Positions 13,715-24,740 of a stretch of 64,000 nt of DNA are shown in pieces. Within the stretch, counting starts at the first letter, position 1. Each line of letters starts with the position of its first letter. The stretch is from Patellaria atrata CBS 101060 (Eukaryota). The stretch is from positions 1,382,350 through 1,446,349 of the forward strand of contig MU006092.1 in NCBI GenBank assembly GCA_010093705.1, read 5' to 3'. The notes under the pieces were generated by a model that did no database searches, was not told where the DNA came from, and saw nothing but the letters and a program-made list of their open reading frames with translations. The translations under genes and the position numbers were made by a program.

Positions 13715-15778
13715 TGAAGTAGTTTGTTGTAACGTAAGCTATCGGGAGGGTGGTATAATGATTAAGATAGATACCACCGTGACTTTTTTCGGTGGTTATG
13801 TTACGTTTTGAAAGTGGTACTGAACTCACTGCATTGTATCAGATACAAGCAGAGGTCTATTTGAGGAATGTCGCAAGTTCGGTTTGTTAGTGCTTGCTTA
13901 ATGCTCAAATATTAAAGGAAGGGAGATTGCCCTCTTTATCTCTTGTATAACAATCATTGAAGAAGCGATTCTACACCTCATTTGCCAACCTCAATCGGCA
14001 TTAGCTGGCAACGGACGTGATTAGACAGAGCACGTAGTACTAATTCGTAGGTTATGGTCGGTAACTCGGTACACGGCTTTGGAGTGACCTGAAACGACGC
14101 CCGTCCGCTGTCATATCGGCGTTCATATTGAGGCGGAGCACAGTCGTGATGAACCTATGATAAAAATAGGAGTACTTGGGTGCGCTGGTTGATAGTGAAT
14201 CTAGTACTTGAAATCGACACGTACCTTAGATCTCTTGATTGCTTATGCATCGTGGCTCGGGCCGACGTACAGGGACCGGATGGAATAGCTGATATAGACT
14301 TATCTCTGTCCTGAAAGAGACAAACTATACCGTATCTGGTGGCTTTTCAACAGATTCAGCAAAAATGAGTTTGGAAGGTCTATGCATCAATTAACGGAGG
14401 TAGTGGGAATGGCTCTTATGGATAGACAGTAAAGAGGACCCAATTACTTTCTCTTTGAAGATCTGCAGAAATTCACACCGAAAAAAAAAGAAAAGAAAAT
14501 CAGACTAGTTGTGGTTGTAGAGAAGCAATAGGAGCGATAGGAGCGATGAAAATATTGAATATAGACGAGAAGAAAGTACTCCGGAATGACTTATACCCCA
14601 CGCCAGCACATACGGAAATATGTTGATTTAGGGGTAGACATCCGAGTGATGAAATCTGGAAGTAAACTATTTAAATATGAGATATAAGTCCGGTCGTGAA
14701 GCCACACATTTGGCACCTCACTGATAGAAGATGATGGTTGTGAAGTATTTCGCCAAACGTTGTAACGGGTCAAGGAAATTTGATATGATTGACTGGCAGT
14801 AATTTCAGGCGCTCACTATAGCTAAGGCAAAAGCTGGATAGTACAGTAAGGTCCGGCAATCACTTTCTCTTACCGTATGATGAAGGAGATGAGGTTTGGG
14901 GATTCGGAGAAGTCGGCTGCTAGAACTATTTCTGCAGAATCCCATTCGGCATCCCGCATTAGTCAGAATTTCGGAAACTGCGCCGGCCACCAGCACAGTT
15001 TAGAGGACTACACCGATTATTCTCCACAACTCCTGTACAGTACGGTCCACTTATCATGTTCTGTTAAAACATACGGAATACAGTCCCGTCATGTCCACGT
15101 CCTGTTCGTGAGGGATCACGGAAGATGTGCATAATCAGGGACATCTGTGGTATGTACTGTACTTGATCATCTGGCCAGATGCACCAGGTGTCCGCAAAAT
15201 TCTTGGGACACTTCAAAAGCCTCTGCTAAAGTTAAGCCTCTCTTAATACTACAGGATAACTTTAAATAATCTATAAGTTATCTTAGATATACTTTAAGAT
15301 AAGCTCTATAAGACCTACTATTTATTTCTTAATCATTTCTCTAGGTTGCGTTTTAAAACCATGATTGGAAAAGTGTGTTTTTGACGTGGGTCTGGATCTG
15401 TCCCACGAATGATTCTTCAGCACACGCTGACACTTCCACAACCTTTATGGTAAATTAATACGAGAACTCCCCTCTCATACAGCATCGCACTCTTACAGCT
15501 CCTATCTCAGCATAGCATCCGTCTTTAATACAGTAACATTCCAAACCAGAGGATCTATACTACTTTACGGATAGCTGAAAGCCACGAAGACATCCCTTGA
15601 CCCAGGGGCAACAATAGACGGCCAGAATTCCAGAAACGGACTGGGGCGACAGTGCTTCTTACGATAACTCACAAAGATTTGCGGTCAGTCTATCGTGAAA
15701 CATATTTCTGAACGGGTTGCACCATGATACGATGAATGTCGACGAGTTATTCTTCCTCGCTCCTTATGTTTATTCAAC

Positions 15779-17314
15779 ATGTTGGTCCGATATACCCGTC
15801 TCATCGCCGTTCTCTTCCTCCTGACTTTCACTTACTACTGGACACGGTTTCGAACAAGTGAAAGTAAAACCGTTAACGATTCGCAGTGGAGCGCTGAGAA
15901 GCCTCCATCCGTTGTACACGATGCTGAACCCCCTTCCGGGCTTGAAGCAGAGCACCAACACAGCGTTGTCCTCGTTACTTCTGTTCCTCCGATCAGCGAT
16001 ACACTTGCACCAAATGGCACCCCTATACCTACAGTATCACTGGACGCGGTGGAGGTTCACAATGGGGTCATATCGTCAATATCTGAGGTTGAAACTGTTC
16101 TTCCCCAATCACCCTCTCAAAAATCTACAGATACACACTTGCATACACCCTTAAATCCCGATTCACCATACGCATATGTTTTCTATGCCGCAGCAGACCA
16201 ATATGCATGCTCGGTCCTCGTCAACATCGACCGACTGAAGAACCTGTTCCACACTAAACACCGCATAATTGTTCTGGCAACACCTGCTGTCTCTGACGAA
16301 TTTCTCGATGCGCTTAACGCGACGGGTGCCGATGTCCAACTACGCGAATCACCTCCCTTAGCAGAGGGGAGCGTTATGTACTACGCCGATTGCCTTCTCA
16401 AACTGGTCTCGTTCAGCTTACACAAAGACGATCCTACCCTCCAGCGCGTACTCACTCTCGACTCCGACCAACTCATCGTCAAGAACCTCGACCACGTATT
16501 CGACCTACCAGCAGTAGATCTCGCAGCGCCGCGCGCATACTGGTTAGCCAAAGACTTTATCAGCAGCACATTTTTACTAGCATCACTTTCGGACCGGCTG
16601 TGGGATAAAGTGAAGCACGGAATCGACACCATCGGCCGCGACGTCTACGACATGGACCTAGTCAATAAACTACTAGGCGAGACAGTACTGATGCTCCCGG
16701 GCAGCTACGCCACCGCCAACGGTCACTGGGAGGACTGGAACATACCGAACTGGTTCATGCCCGAAGGCCACAACGGGACATACCACGCAAACGGCACACT
16801 CATCGATCTACGTCCCTGGACCGTCCCAGAAGAGAAACCCCCCGCACCGAAGAAAAAACACAAGCCGAAGAAGAAAAGCACGACAGAAGCCCACGTCAAC
16901 TCGAAACGCGACGACCTCCCCGCCGAACTGTCCACCCTGCTATCCTCTCCCACCCCTTCCACAACAACCCTTACCACACAGATCTCCCCCGCTCTGATCC
17001 CCGAAATATCCTTCACCCACACCCCCTTCCCGCACCCCCTCCCGACCCCCATCCCCGTCCTCTCCCCAGAAGAAGAAGCAGAAGCCGCGCGCCGGCGTCC
17101 CAAACCTGAACTCACGGGCCCGCTCGAAGCGCTGTACGAGGATGTCCACGTCCTCCACTACTTCGCGCTCGGCAAGCCGTGGCATTTTAGCATCGAAGGG
17201 GTGAGGCTCGCGCGTCCGGACGCGCATCCGGTTTTCTGGCGGCAGTGGGAGGAGTGGTGGGAGGGCGCGGAACGGGTGTGTCCCGCGGGTTGGAGTTTGG
17301 CGGGGATTTATTGA
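15779..17314 (+). CDS. gnt1: GT8 glycosyltransferase, Gnt1-like N-acetylglucosaminyltransferase (type II membrane protein)
   Basis: N-terminal transmembrane segment and stem, YAYVFYA..YACSVLVN, DxD motif (LDSDQ), LAAPRAYWL, C-terminal HYFALGKPW. Confidence 0.85.
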   Translation: MLVRYTRLIAVLFLLTFTYYWTRFRTSESKTVNDSQWSAEKPPSVVHDAEPPSGLEAEHQHSVVLVTSVPPISDTLAPNGTPIPTVSLDAVEVHNGVISSISEVETVLPQSPSQKSTDTHLHTPLNPDSPYAYVFYAAADQYACSVLVNIDRLKNLFHTKHRIIVLATPAVSDEFLDALNATGADVQLRESPPLAEGSVMYYADCLLKLVSFSLHKDDPTLQRVLTLDSDQLIVKNLDHVFDLPAVDLAAPRAYWLAKDFISSTFLLASLSDRLWDKVKHGIDTIGRDVYDMDLVNKLLGETVLMLPGSYATANGHWEDWNIPNWFMPEGHNGTYHANGTLIDLRPWTVPEEKPPAPKKKHKPKKKSTTEAHVNSKRDDLPAELSTLLSSPTPSTTTLTTQISPALIPEISFTHTPFPHPLPTPIPVLSPEEEAEAARRRPKPELTGPLEALYEDVHVLHYFALGKPWHFSIEGVRLARPDAHPVFWRQWEEWWEGAERVCPAGWSLAGIY

Positions 17315-18048
17315 TTAGATGATGGGGCGGGGAGAGGGGGTTGTTGCGCAGTTGATTAGGTTGGTGGGATAGGCATTGGAAGATGCATGCTTCGGGGCCA
17401 CGACTCGATAGGGTTAGCCGCCTCACTCGCACTCAATGGCGCAACTCGTCTACGGGATGAGGATGGAGATTTCACTGCCATGCTAGTTCCACCCACCTCG
17501 CAACATACGAGTCCCCCCTGACATATCAATGCTCTAACCGCCATACCTACCGACGGTTACGCCCAATCCTTGGACGTGAGCAATGCTTCGCGGTGTCTGG
17601 GTACAAGACACTGGTTCGTGAGCTTCGCGGTGGTGATGGTGCTTGTTGCTTTACTGCATATTGGGCACTACGTATCGTCCACGTTTTAATTTAATCTTAG
17701 CGATGATAGGTGAGAATATAAAGGCGGGGAGAGGCTTATTTCAGATATATTCTTCGAAATATCTGAATACGGGAGAAGACGATTTAAGGGGGAGATGGAC
17801 TTGAGAGCGGAAGGGAAGGATACTATAGTCACCATTGGTGGGCGGTTGTGCTGGATAGTTGTCATGATTGATGAAATTGGAATTTTGGTTTATCACACAT
17901 GACTGCAACACGAAGCCGGTGAGGAAATACGATTCTTTCTCTTAATTCCACCATGGCATTGAACTACACACAGCTCCAACGAGCGATGGAACAAAAATTC
18001 CACCCATAACGACCTATCACAGTCCGCCCGTCCTCCCAAATTTTCACT

Positions 18049-19625
18049 CTAAATCGCACCCGCCCTCGCTGCCTCCCCCGCTCCACTCTCCACAACCTCC
18101 TCCCGTCCCCTACCCCTACCTAATTGCCCCTCGCCCACGCCCATCCTCTTCGCCACATACCTCTGCGCGACAACGCCGACCGCAAGCCCCAAAACCTCCT
18201 CGACCCACTCTGCGACCCACTCCCTGGGATCAACACCGCCCTGCTCGACGATACGATAGATCTCCTCGGGCAGCGCGCCATCTGAGCTCTCGTCGTCCGG
18301 GGAGGGCGCGGAGTCCAGCCAGCGGGCCCATTTAGCCGGGAAAGGCTGAGAGAGGGTGTGGAAGTGGAGAGAGTGGATGGGATCGGTGAGGGAGATTGCG
18401 AAAGCGACGAGAGACCCGTCCGGGTCTTGTGAGTTGTCTGGGTTTGAATTTGAGTCTGAGCTTGAGAAGAGGTCGGGTTGGGTGTAGGAGAGTGCTTGGA
18501 CAGCGAGGAAGATGTCGCTTCTGCGGACGGGGTTCGCTTCGTCTAGGATCTCTGTTGCTGCTTTGGCGGCGGCTTCGATCCCGCCTCGGGCGTTGAAGAA
18601 GTCGTTTGCGTAGCCCTCTGCGCTTGCGCGGGAGAGCTTTGTGCCTTCTGGGAGGCCTGAGATGAGGTTTAAGGAGCGCGGTGCTGAGGTGTCGCGCCAC
18701 CAGGGTCCGTCGTTCCAGCCTAAACTGCTGCCGGAACTGGAGGTAGGACGTGCTGTAGATTCTGAACCCCGCTGGATGACGAGAAGGTCGCCGCCTTCGA
18801 CTTGTGACATAACGCGGGAGAAGGTGGTGTAGACAAGGGGATCGAGGGAAGGGTAATTCAACAGGTCATGGGTTAGATGGATTTGCAAGCGTTCGTGCTG
18901 AGAGATTGGCGGTGCTAGGTGATGGATGAGGTTTGTGAAGGTAGGCAGGGCGCGGGAGGTGAGGTCAGTGCCTAGGAAGGGGCCAATCAGCAAAACTATT
19001 TATACAAGATATTTTCTGGTCGGTGCGGTTTACCAATTCCTCGTAAAGCGCCAACATTGCCTCTCATTTGTTCAGCCCATTTCTGTGCTTCTTCATTTTT
19101 CTGAATCTCCTTGACAGCAGCTTCTGCTTGCTTCACAGCTGTGGTAGCTGTGGACAATATACTTCCCCACCATCCGCCACTGCTTGCTTGCTTCTGAGGT
19201 TCCGGTGCAGGTGGTGCTTGTAAGATCTTCTGGTCGCTCTCATCAGCGGGCGTGAATGGTTGATGAAAGCTCCTCGAGCTCTCCCCGCTCTTCCTGGGGG
19301 GGACGGAAGCAGAGTATGACGTCTTATCCTCACTAGTTCTAGCAGAGCCGGTTGACGAAGGAGTAACTACTCCTCCCCTTTTCGGTGAGCGTGTTCGACT
19401 AGTAGTTGTACTTGAAGATGAGACCTTGGGGGTATTGGGTCGACTGGAGGGACGAGGTGCAGCTGCTAGACTTGCTAATTCGGCGAGAGGATCCTCTTCC
19501 TCACTGATAGCAGGCTTTGATGGGATTTTAGAAGATGGTTTGGGAGCTGGGGTAAGGTCATCATCACCGCCGATGCTCGCGAATTGGGCTAAAAGCTCCT
19601 CGTTGGTGAGGGCTTTCTTTGACAT
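18049..19625 (-). CDS. mtc1: Maintenance of telomere capping protein 1 (Mtc1); intron 19033-18972
   Basis: GGWWG..AVKQAEAAVKEIQKNEEAQKWAEQ joins in frame across a canonical intron to LPTFTNLIHHLAPPISQHERLQIHLTHDL..FSRVMSQVEGGDL..DPREWVAEWVEE. Confidence 0.9.
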
Positions 19626-20251
19626 GGCGGATGCAATGGAACAAACAGGACGTAAACAAGAGGTCAGTAGTTGTTGCTATAGAAATCTGTGCGTGAGTTT
19701 CTTCACAGTGAAATGCAAAGGGAGTGTAGGGAACAGTGTAAACAATGAAGTGCAGTGGTGGAGGTCAGGGAGAACCCCACGGCACAAGGGCAGTTAGATC
19801 CGAGCCTGAGGCCCTGTCGCTGGGCATTCCTGAATTTGTGGTGTGATTGGATGGATGGTGCAGGGGTCCGAGTGCCATTATGAACATACACAATGCGAAG
19901 ACTGCGAGACTGCGAAACATTGTCAACTCCCAACCCACTCCTTTTTACCATTATCATCTCTCTTTTTCTCATCTCCTCGAAAGGACACACTCTCCTTGCT
20001 CAAACAAATAAACGCTTTACGAATTTTACGAGTTTGAAAACGCTTCCCATTTGCTCTTGTTCCTGTTCAGTTCGCTCGGTGGAAGGGGCCTGAAGAGAAT
20101 TTGTCTCCGTTACTACCACCATCGTTCTATACCATTGAAATGCTTGTCTTCTCATCCTGAGAATTTCCTTTCTTGTTCTGCCATTTTGTTTGTATTTTGT
20201 TTTAAGATTCAGACCATTCCAAGAAAAGGCTGAGGAGGAGCATTTTCCATC

Positions 20252-23200
20252 ATGCGTACACGACGCTCTTTAGTCACGGCGGAAAAGCCAAACATCATAA
20301 CATCGCCACGGAAAACCAGAGGTACTGTAGATTTCAGGAAACCAGAAGTTCCCCGTAAATTGACTCGATCATCGTCAAATGTTTCAAACGGAAATACTAT
20401 TTTTGTTGGTGGAATCGATGAAGCTAAACCGATCCGGGCCATTTGCAAGAAAGGCCGTTTCCTAATCATTGCTGGAATTCCATCTGACTTTTTGAGTCTT
20501 TTGGAACAACCTGACTCAGATGTTGACGAAGACGAACACTCTTCTAAAACTGCGTCACATGCTGAAGTTGCAGATGATGCCCAAGAAGACGAGGATGATT
20601 TGGAAGATGAACCGGATGATGAGCCGGAAGAGGAACCAAGTCCAGGCTTCAATGAAAAACCAAGAAAGAGAAAATACAAACGACGACGTAGGACAGTGCC
20701 GAAGATCTTGTCACCAGTCCGAAAATCCACTCGCCAGAAACGTGTCAAAGCACTTTCCCCGGAAGCAGACATGGAAGACCAAATCGCAGTTGCTGACGCT
20801 TCATCAGTAAAGGAACAGGGTGCGTCAAATATTACTGAAGAACAATTGCAATTGTCAGCTGCAGCTAGTGCACATGAGGAGCATGAAGAGCTTGAAGACC
20901 TAGAGGAAGAAGATGAGCAACCGGGAGATGAAACCAACGAACCCGAAGATGAGAATATTGAATCAGCTTCAAAAACACTCCAAATCCCGGTTCCGAAAAT
21001 CTCCCTCTCAAAACAAGCAAGTGACGCGAGCAATGTCTCCAAATTATCAAGGTCTGCCACCGGGGATGAACAAGCGGGCGAAGATGGTGAACGGGAACCC
21101 ACACCCGAACTCATAGACGATACAGTACGGGAGTCAGATCTACCTGCCCCATTTCGATCTCGCTCTCCCACACCACCCGAATCATCATTTCCAGACCAGG
21201 CCGCATACTTAGTCAAAACTCGCTTCAAACCCATCACGGACCCCCAACTGTTCATCTCGGCTCTATCTCAACATGACCCCTCAAAACGTTCAACGGCGAG
21301 CTTATACGCTCTCGCGCTCAATACGCAACGTGCTCTCGTAGCCTGGCAAGACGAGTATCTCAAACTAGACGCACGGACTGCTCCCCATGCTCACCCAGCA
21401 AAGAAACCCGCAAAAGGCGGTCGCGAAATTGTTGAGAAGGATATCTGGGAAGGCCTAAAGGAAGCGGAGTTATACAACTACTCCTATGATCATCGCAAGA
21501 CCGCGTGCGAACAAAACCCCTTCGCCCAACGGATCGGTCGTAATGGAGATGCAGGCCGCGAACTCAGAGGCCGTGGAAGACGCAAGGCGAAAGATGTCGA
21601 TGAAACGGAAGATGATGGTGCTAACACAGCTGCTGTCACGGATGTCGCGGCCGAAGAAACTGGTCCTGGTAGACGACCTAGACGTGAGGTCAAGAAATAC
21701 GACGGTGTCGCGCCACCGGCAACACCCGAACCGATCAAAGTCCACGGCAATACCGGTAGAAAGAGGCGATTAGACGTCAGCGCAACTCCCGAGCAAGACG
21801 GTCGCAAACGTGGTAAACACAACGCTTTCCTACCCGCTCGCGTTCGTGAAATGCGCGCCGAGAGTGCAGTGAGCGAGGACACGACCAACAACGAAGAAGA
21901 ACAGAAACCTGATGGTTATGAAACCGAGCGCGACAGCCGCGGTCGACGGATTGGGAAGCGGAGAGGGAGACCGAAGGGGTATCGGAGGTCAAGTACTGGG
22001 CAAACGCATGGGTATACACCGCAGCAACAGCAGGAGGACCAGCAGGATACTGAGGCAATGGAGGCGGATCCCAATCCCGACCCGAGTCCGGGAAGCAGTA
22101 GGAGGAATAGTATTTCGCAACCTCCTACGCCTGTCAATGCGACCCCAACGATACCACCAACGATGCCGCCACCGCCTCCTCCACGTGATACAACCGAACT
22201 ACCCCAACCGATTCCAAACGAGGCTCAATTCGGAGAAGGCCCCATAACACCCGTCGGAACAAGTTCCGGTCCCACAGGCGCGTCAACTAACTTCAACCTC
22301 ACATTCCAACCCTCGTCACGTAAACCCCGTGTTAAATCCGAGAAACGGAGTAAGAGCATGACGAAGTGGTGGGCAGAGCGGAAAGAGAAGGCTGCATTAG
22401 CTCGTGCGAATGGAGAGGTGGCGGAGCCGGCTCAACCTCGTCGTCGTCGAAGTAATCTTTCTGGAGGCGCCGGGAGCGGAGGAAATGAGAGGGGAGGGGG
22501 GGAGAGAGGGTTCCTGCAGATACAACCCGCGGTTGGTGGGCAGGGAAATGTGTTACCGCCAGGTCAAGGACAACAGGTCATATTCCATCAGCACGGACAG
22601 CGGGAAGTGAGGGAACAGAATCCGTTTGCGCAACATGCACCGCCTCAACAAGCTCCTCCACAGCAGGTACAACATCAGACGCCACCGGTAGCGATAGCGA
22701 GAACGGGCTTCGACACAATGCAATTCCCCGAACAGAAACCACCGCATCAATACATCTCGACCTTCCGCTCCGTCGAACCGACCCTCAACTCCTTCCGTGT
22801 CGAACCCGTCCAACCCACAACCCAGACACAACCCGAATTCCCGCCTCCACCGCCCTTAGCAATCCAAACNNNNNNNNNNNNNNNNNNNNNNNNNNNNNNN
22901 NNNNNNNNNNNNNNNNNNNNNNNNNNNNNNNNNNNNNNNNNNNNNNNNNNNNNNNNNNNNNNNNNNNNNCGCCCTTAGCAATCCAAACCATACCTCCACC
23001 TCCACCTCCCCAACAGAGGGAAAGAAGCCACAGTCTCCAAGCGCAGACGCAACCGCAGGACCCAAACCAAACCTATCAACCCCAGGGCATGCATCTTCCA
23101 CCGCTCCACCCCCGCCCTGCAACCCATCATCAACCCCACCCCCACGCCCGCTCTCACAGCCACTCCCACCCGTATTCCCACGACCCCCCGCCCTCGCCCT

Positions 23201-23565
23201 CAACGGCTCATCTCGAACCCACGCGCTTCGCGCCTACAGCGTCAGCCGATCCAGCACAATCACGCTACTCGAACCCGAACCCTCTAGCTAAACTAGGCGC
23301 CCTGCTCCCGCTCGCCCCGGGCCCCGCGGACCAGGAAAGGGGGTTTAGCGCTTTTGCTGCGCTTGGGAATCATAGGGGCAGGGTGGAGGAGGGGGCGTAT
23401 GTGAGTCCGTTTAGGGCTGTGAGGCAGGAGGGGGGGAAAGATGTGGGGGAGAGGGGAAGAAAGGGAAAGGAGGTCGAGAGGGAGAGGGAGAGGGAGAGGG
23501 AGAGGGAGAGGGAGGGGGAGGCGGTCTATGAGACTAGGAGGAAGACTAGGGAAATGTGGAATTAG
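20252..23565 (+). CDS. Large, mostly disordered, probably nuclear protein with an AT-hook (KRRGRPKG); ~1064 aa if the gap is closed
   Basis: The 908-aa ORF runs into the gap. The two gap flanks share 19 bp, and merging them continues the frame into ORF 23089-23565. It has a globular-looking core (LYALALNTQRALVAWQDEYLKLD...KEAELYNYSYD...QNPFAQR) and basic NLS-like clusters. Confidence 0.8.
22870..22969. other. Assembly gap (100 N), probably of zero true length
   Basis: CGCCCTTAGCAATCCAAAC occurs at 22851-22869 and again at 22970-22988. Confidence 0.85.
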
Positions 23566-24740
23566 GGCTTTTTTTTTGTTTGGTCTTTGGAGGGGGGTTT
23601 ATGTTTGTGAGGAGGGGAGGTAAGTGGATTATGGTGACGTGTTTTTTCAGCGTCGGGTTAGGCGTATCGTATCATCTGCTTTGTTGAGGGTTAAGGCGGC
23701 GGTCTTGATATCCCTTGGAGTTTGTGATTGTGGATTTTCTTCGTTGAAAATTTGGTTGTATGAACGGTTCGTACGGTACAGCAGAGCAAAGCACCGGCAC
23801 AGCACATTAGATACGAGGATTTAGCACTGCAAATATCATGGACATAAACAATACATGAATAGCAGCATGAACATGACCATGACCCATGACCCACGACCCA
23901 TGACCCACGAACAACAACGCAGAAAACCAAAACCCAAAAACCCAAAAGTGCACACAATCTACCTACCCGTCTAAAACCCCGTTACACGAAAAAACGCTTT
24001 AAGAAGCTAAATATCCACCAACTCTCTAGATAGATGCGTAGACCTCACTCTCAAAAAACACTAAACGTGCTCAAAACTCTCTCACCCGCGAAATCTGGTA
24101 TTTCTTGACTCTGGTTCTGGTTTCGTATACCAAGGCACAAGTATCAAACCGACGAGAGGACAACCGATGACAATTTTCATATCCAAAACCCAAAGCCCAA
24201 AGCCCAAAGCCCAAAATTCAACATGCATGTTCGAGCTATAGATGACCATCTATCCGATATTTCCATTCTCAAAACCCCGAGAAAAAAGTGTCTCAGTGGT
24301 CCGCGGACCTCATCAGTTCCATCTCTTGACTCCCTTGTCCCTCGCCCAAATCAGATAGATGGGCAGAAAAACGGATCCCCGGTCCTCGATCCCTCCACAA
24401 CTCGATTCGTCACGTAAAATCCCTCACATCTATTCAAAATCTCAATAACGGAGGACAAAGGGGTTTTCGATCACCCCAGCAACACAAACAAAACATACAC
24501 AGCAAAGAGATATGAAAGATTAATCCCATAACCGAAGCTAAACTAAGCCTATATATGCACGCACTCTCCAGCACAATTCCCAAGGGGATCGTCCAATTCA
24601 TCTCAAACTCCACCCCTACGAACTCCAACTTTGCGAGTTCTCTACAAACTGCAACCCCTCCGTGCTGTCCCCCATCCCCCATCTCCCACCCCCGCGCTTC
24701 TATACCTTCGAGAAACGCCGCCTTACCAATCCCTCGCGAG

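Noticed and set aside
20209..21255. 348-aa antisense ORF and similar shadow ORFs inside real genes
   Set aside because: Explained by codon bias of the genes on the opposite strand.
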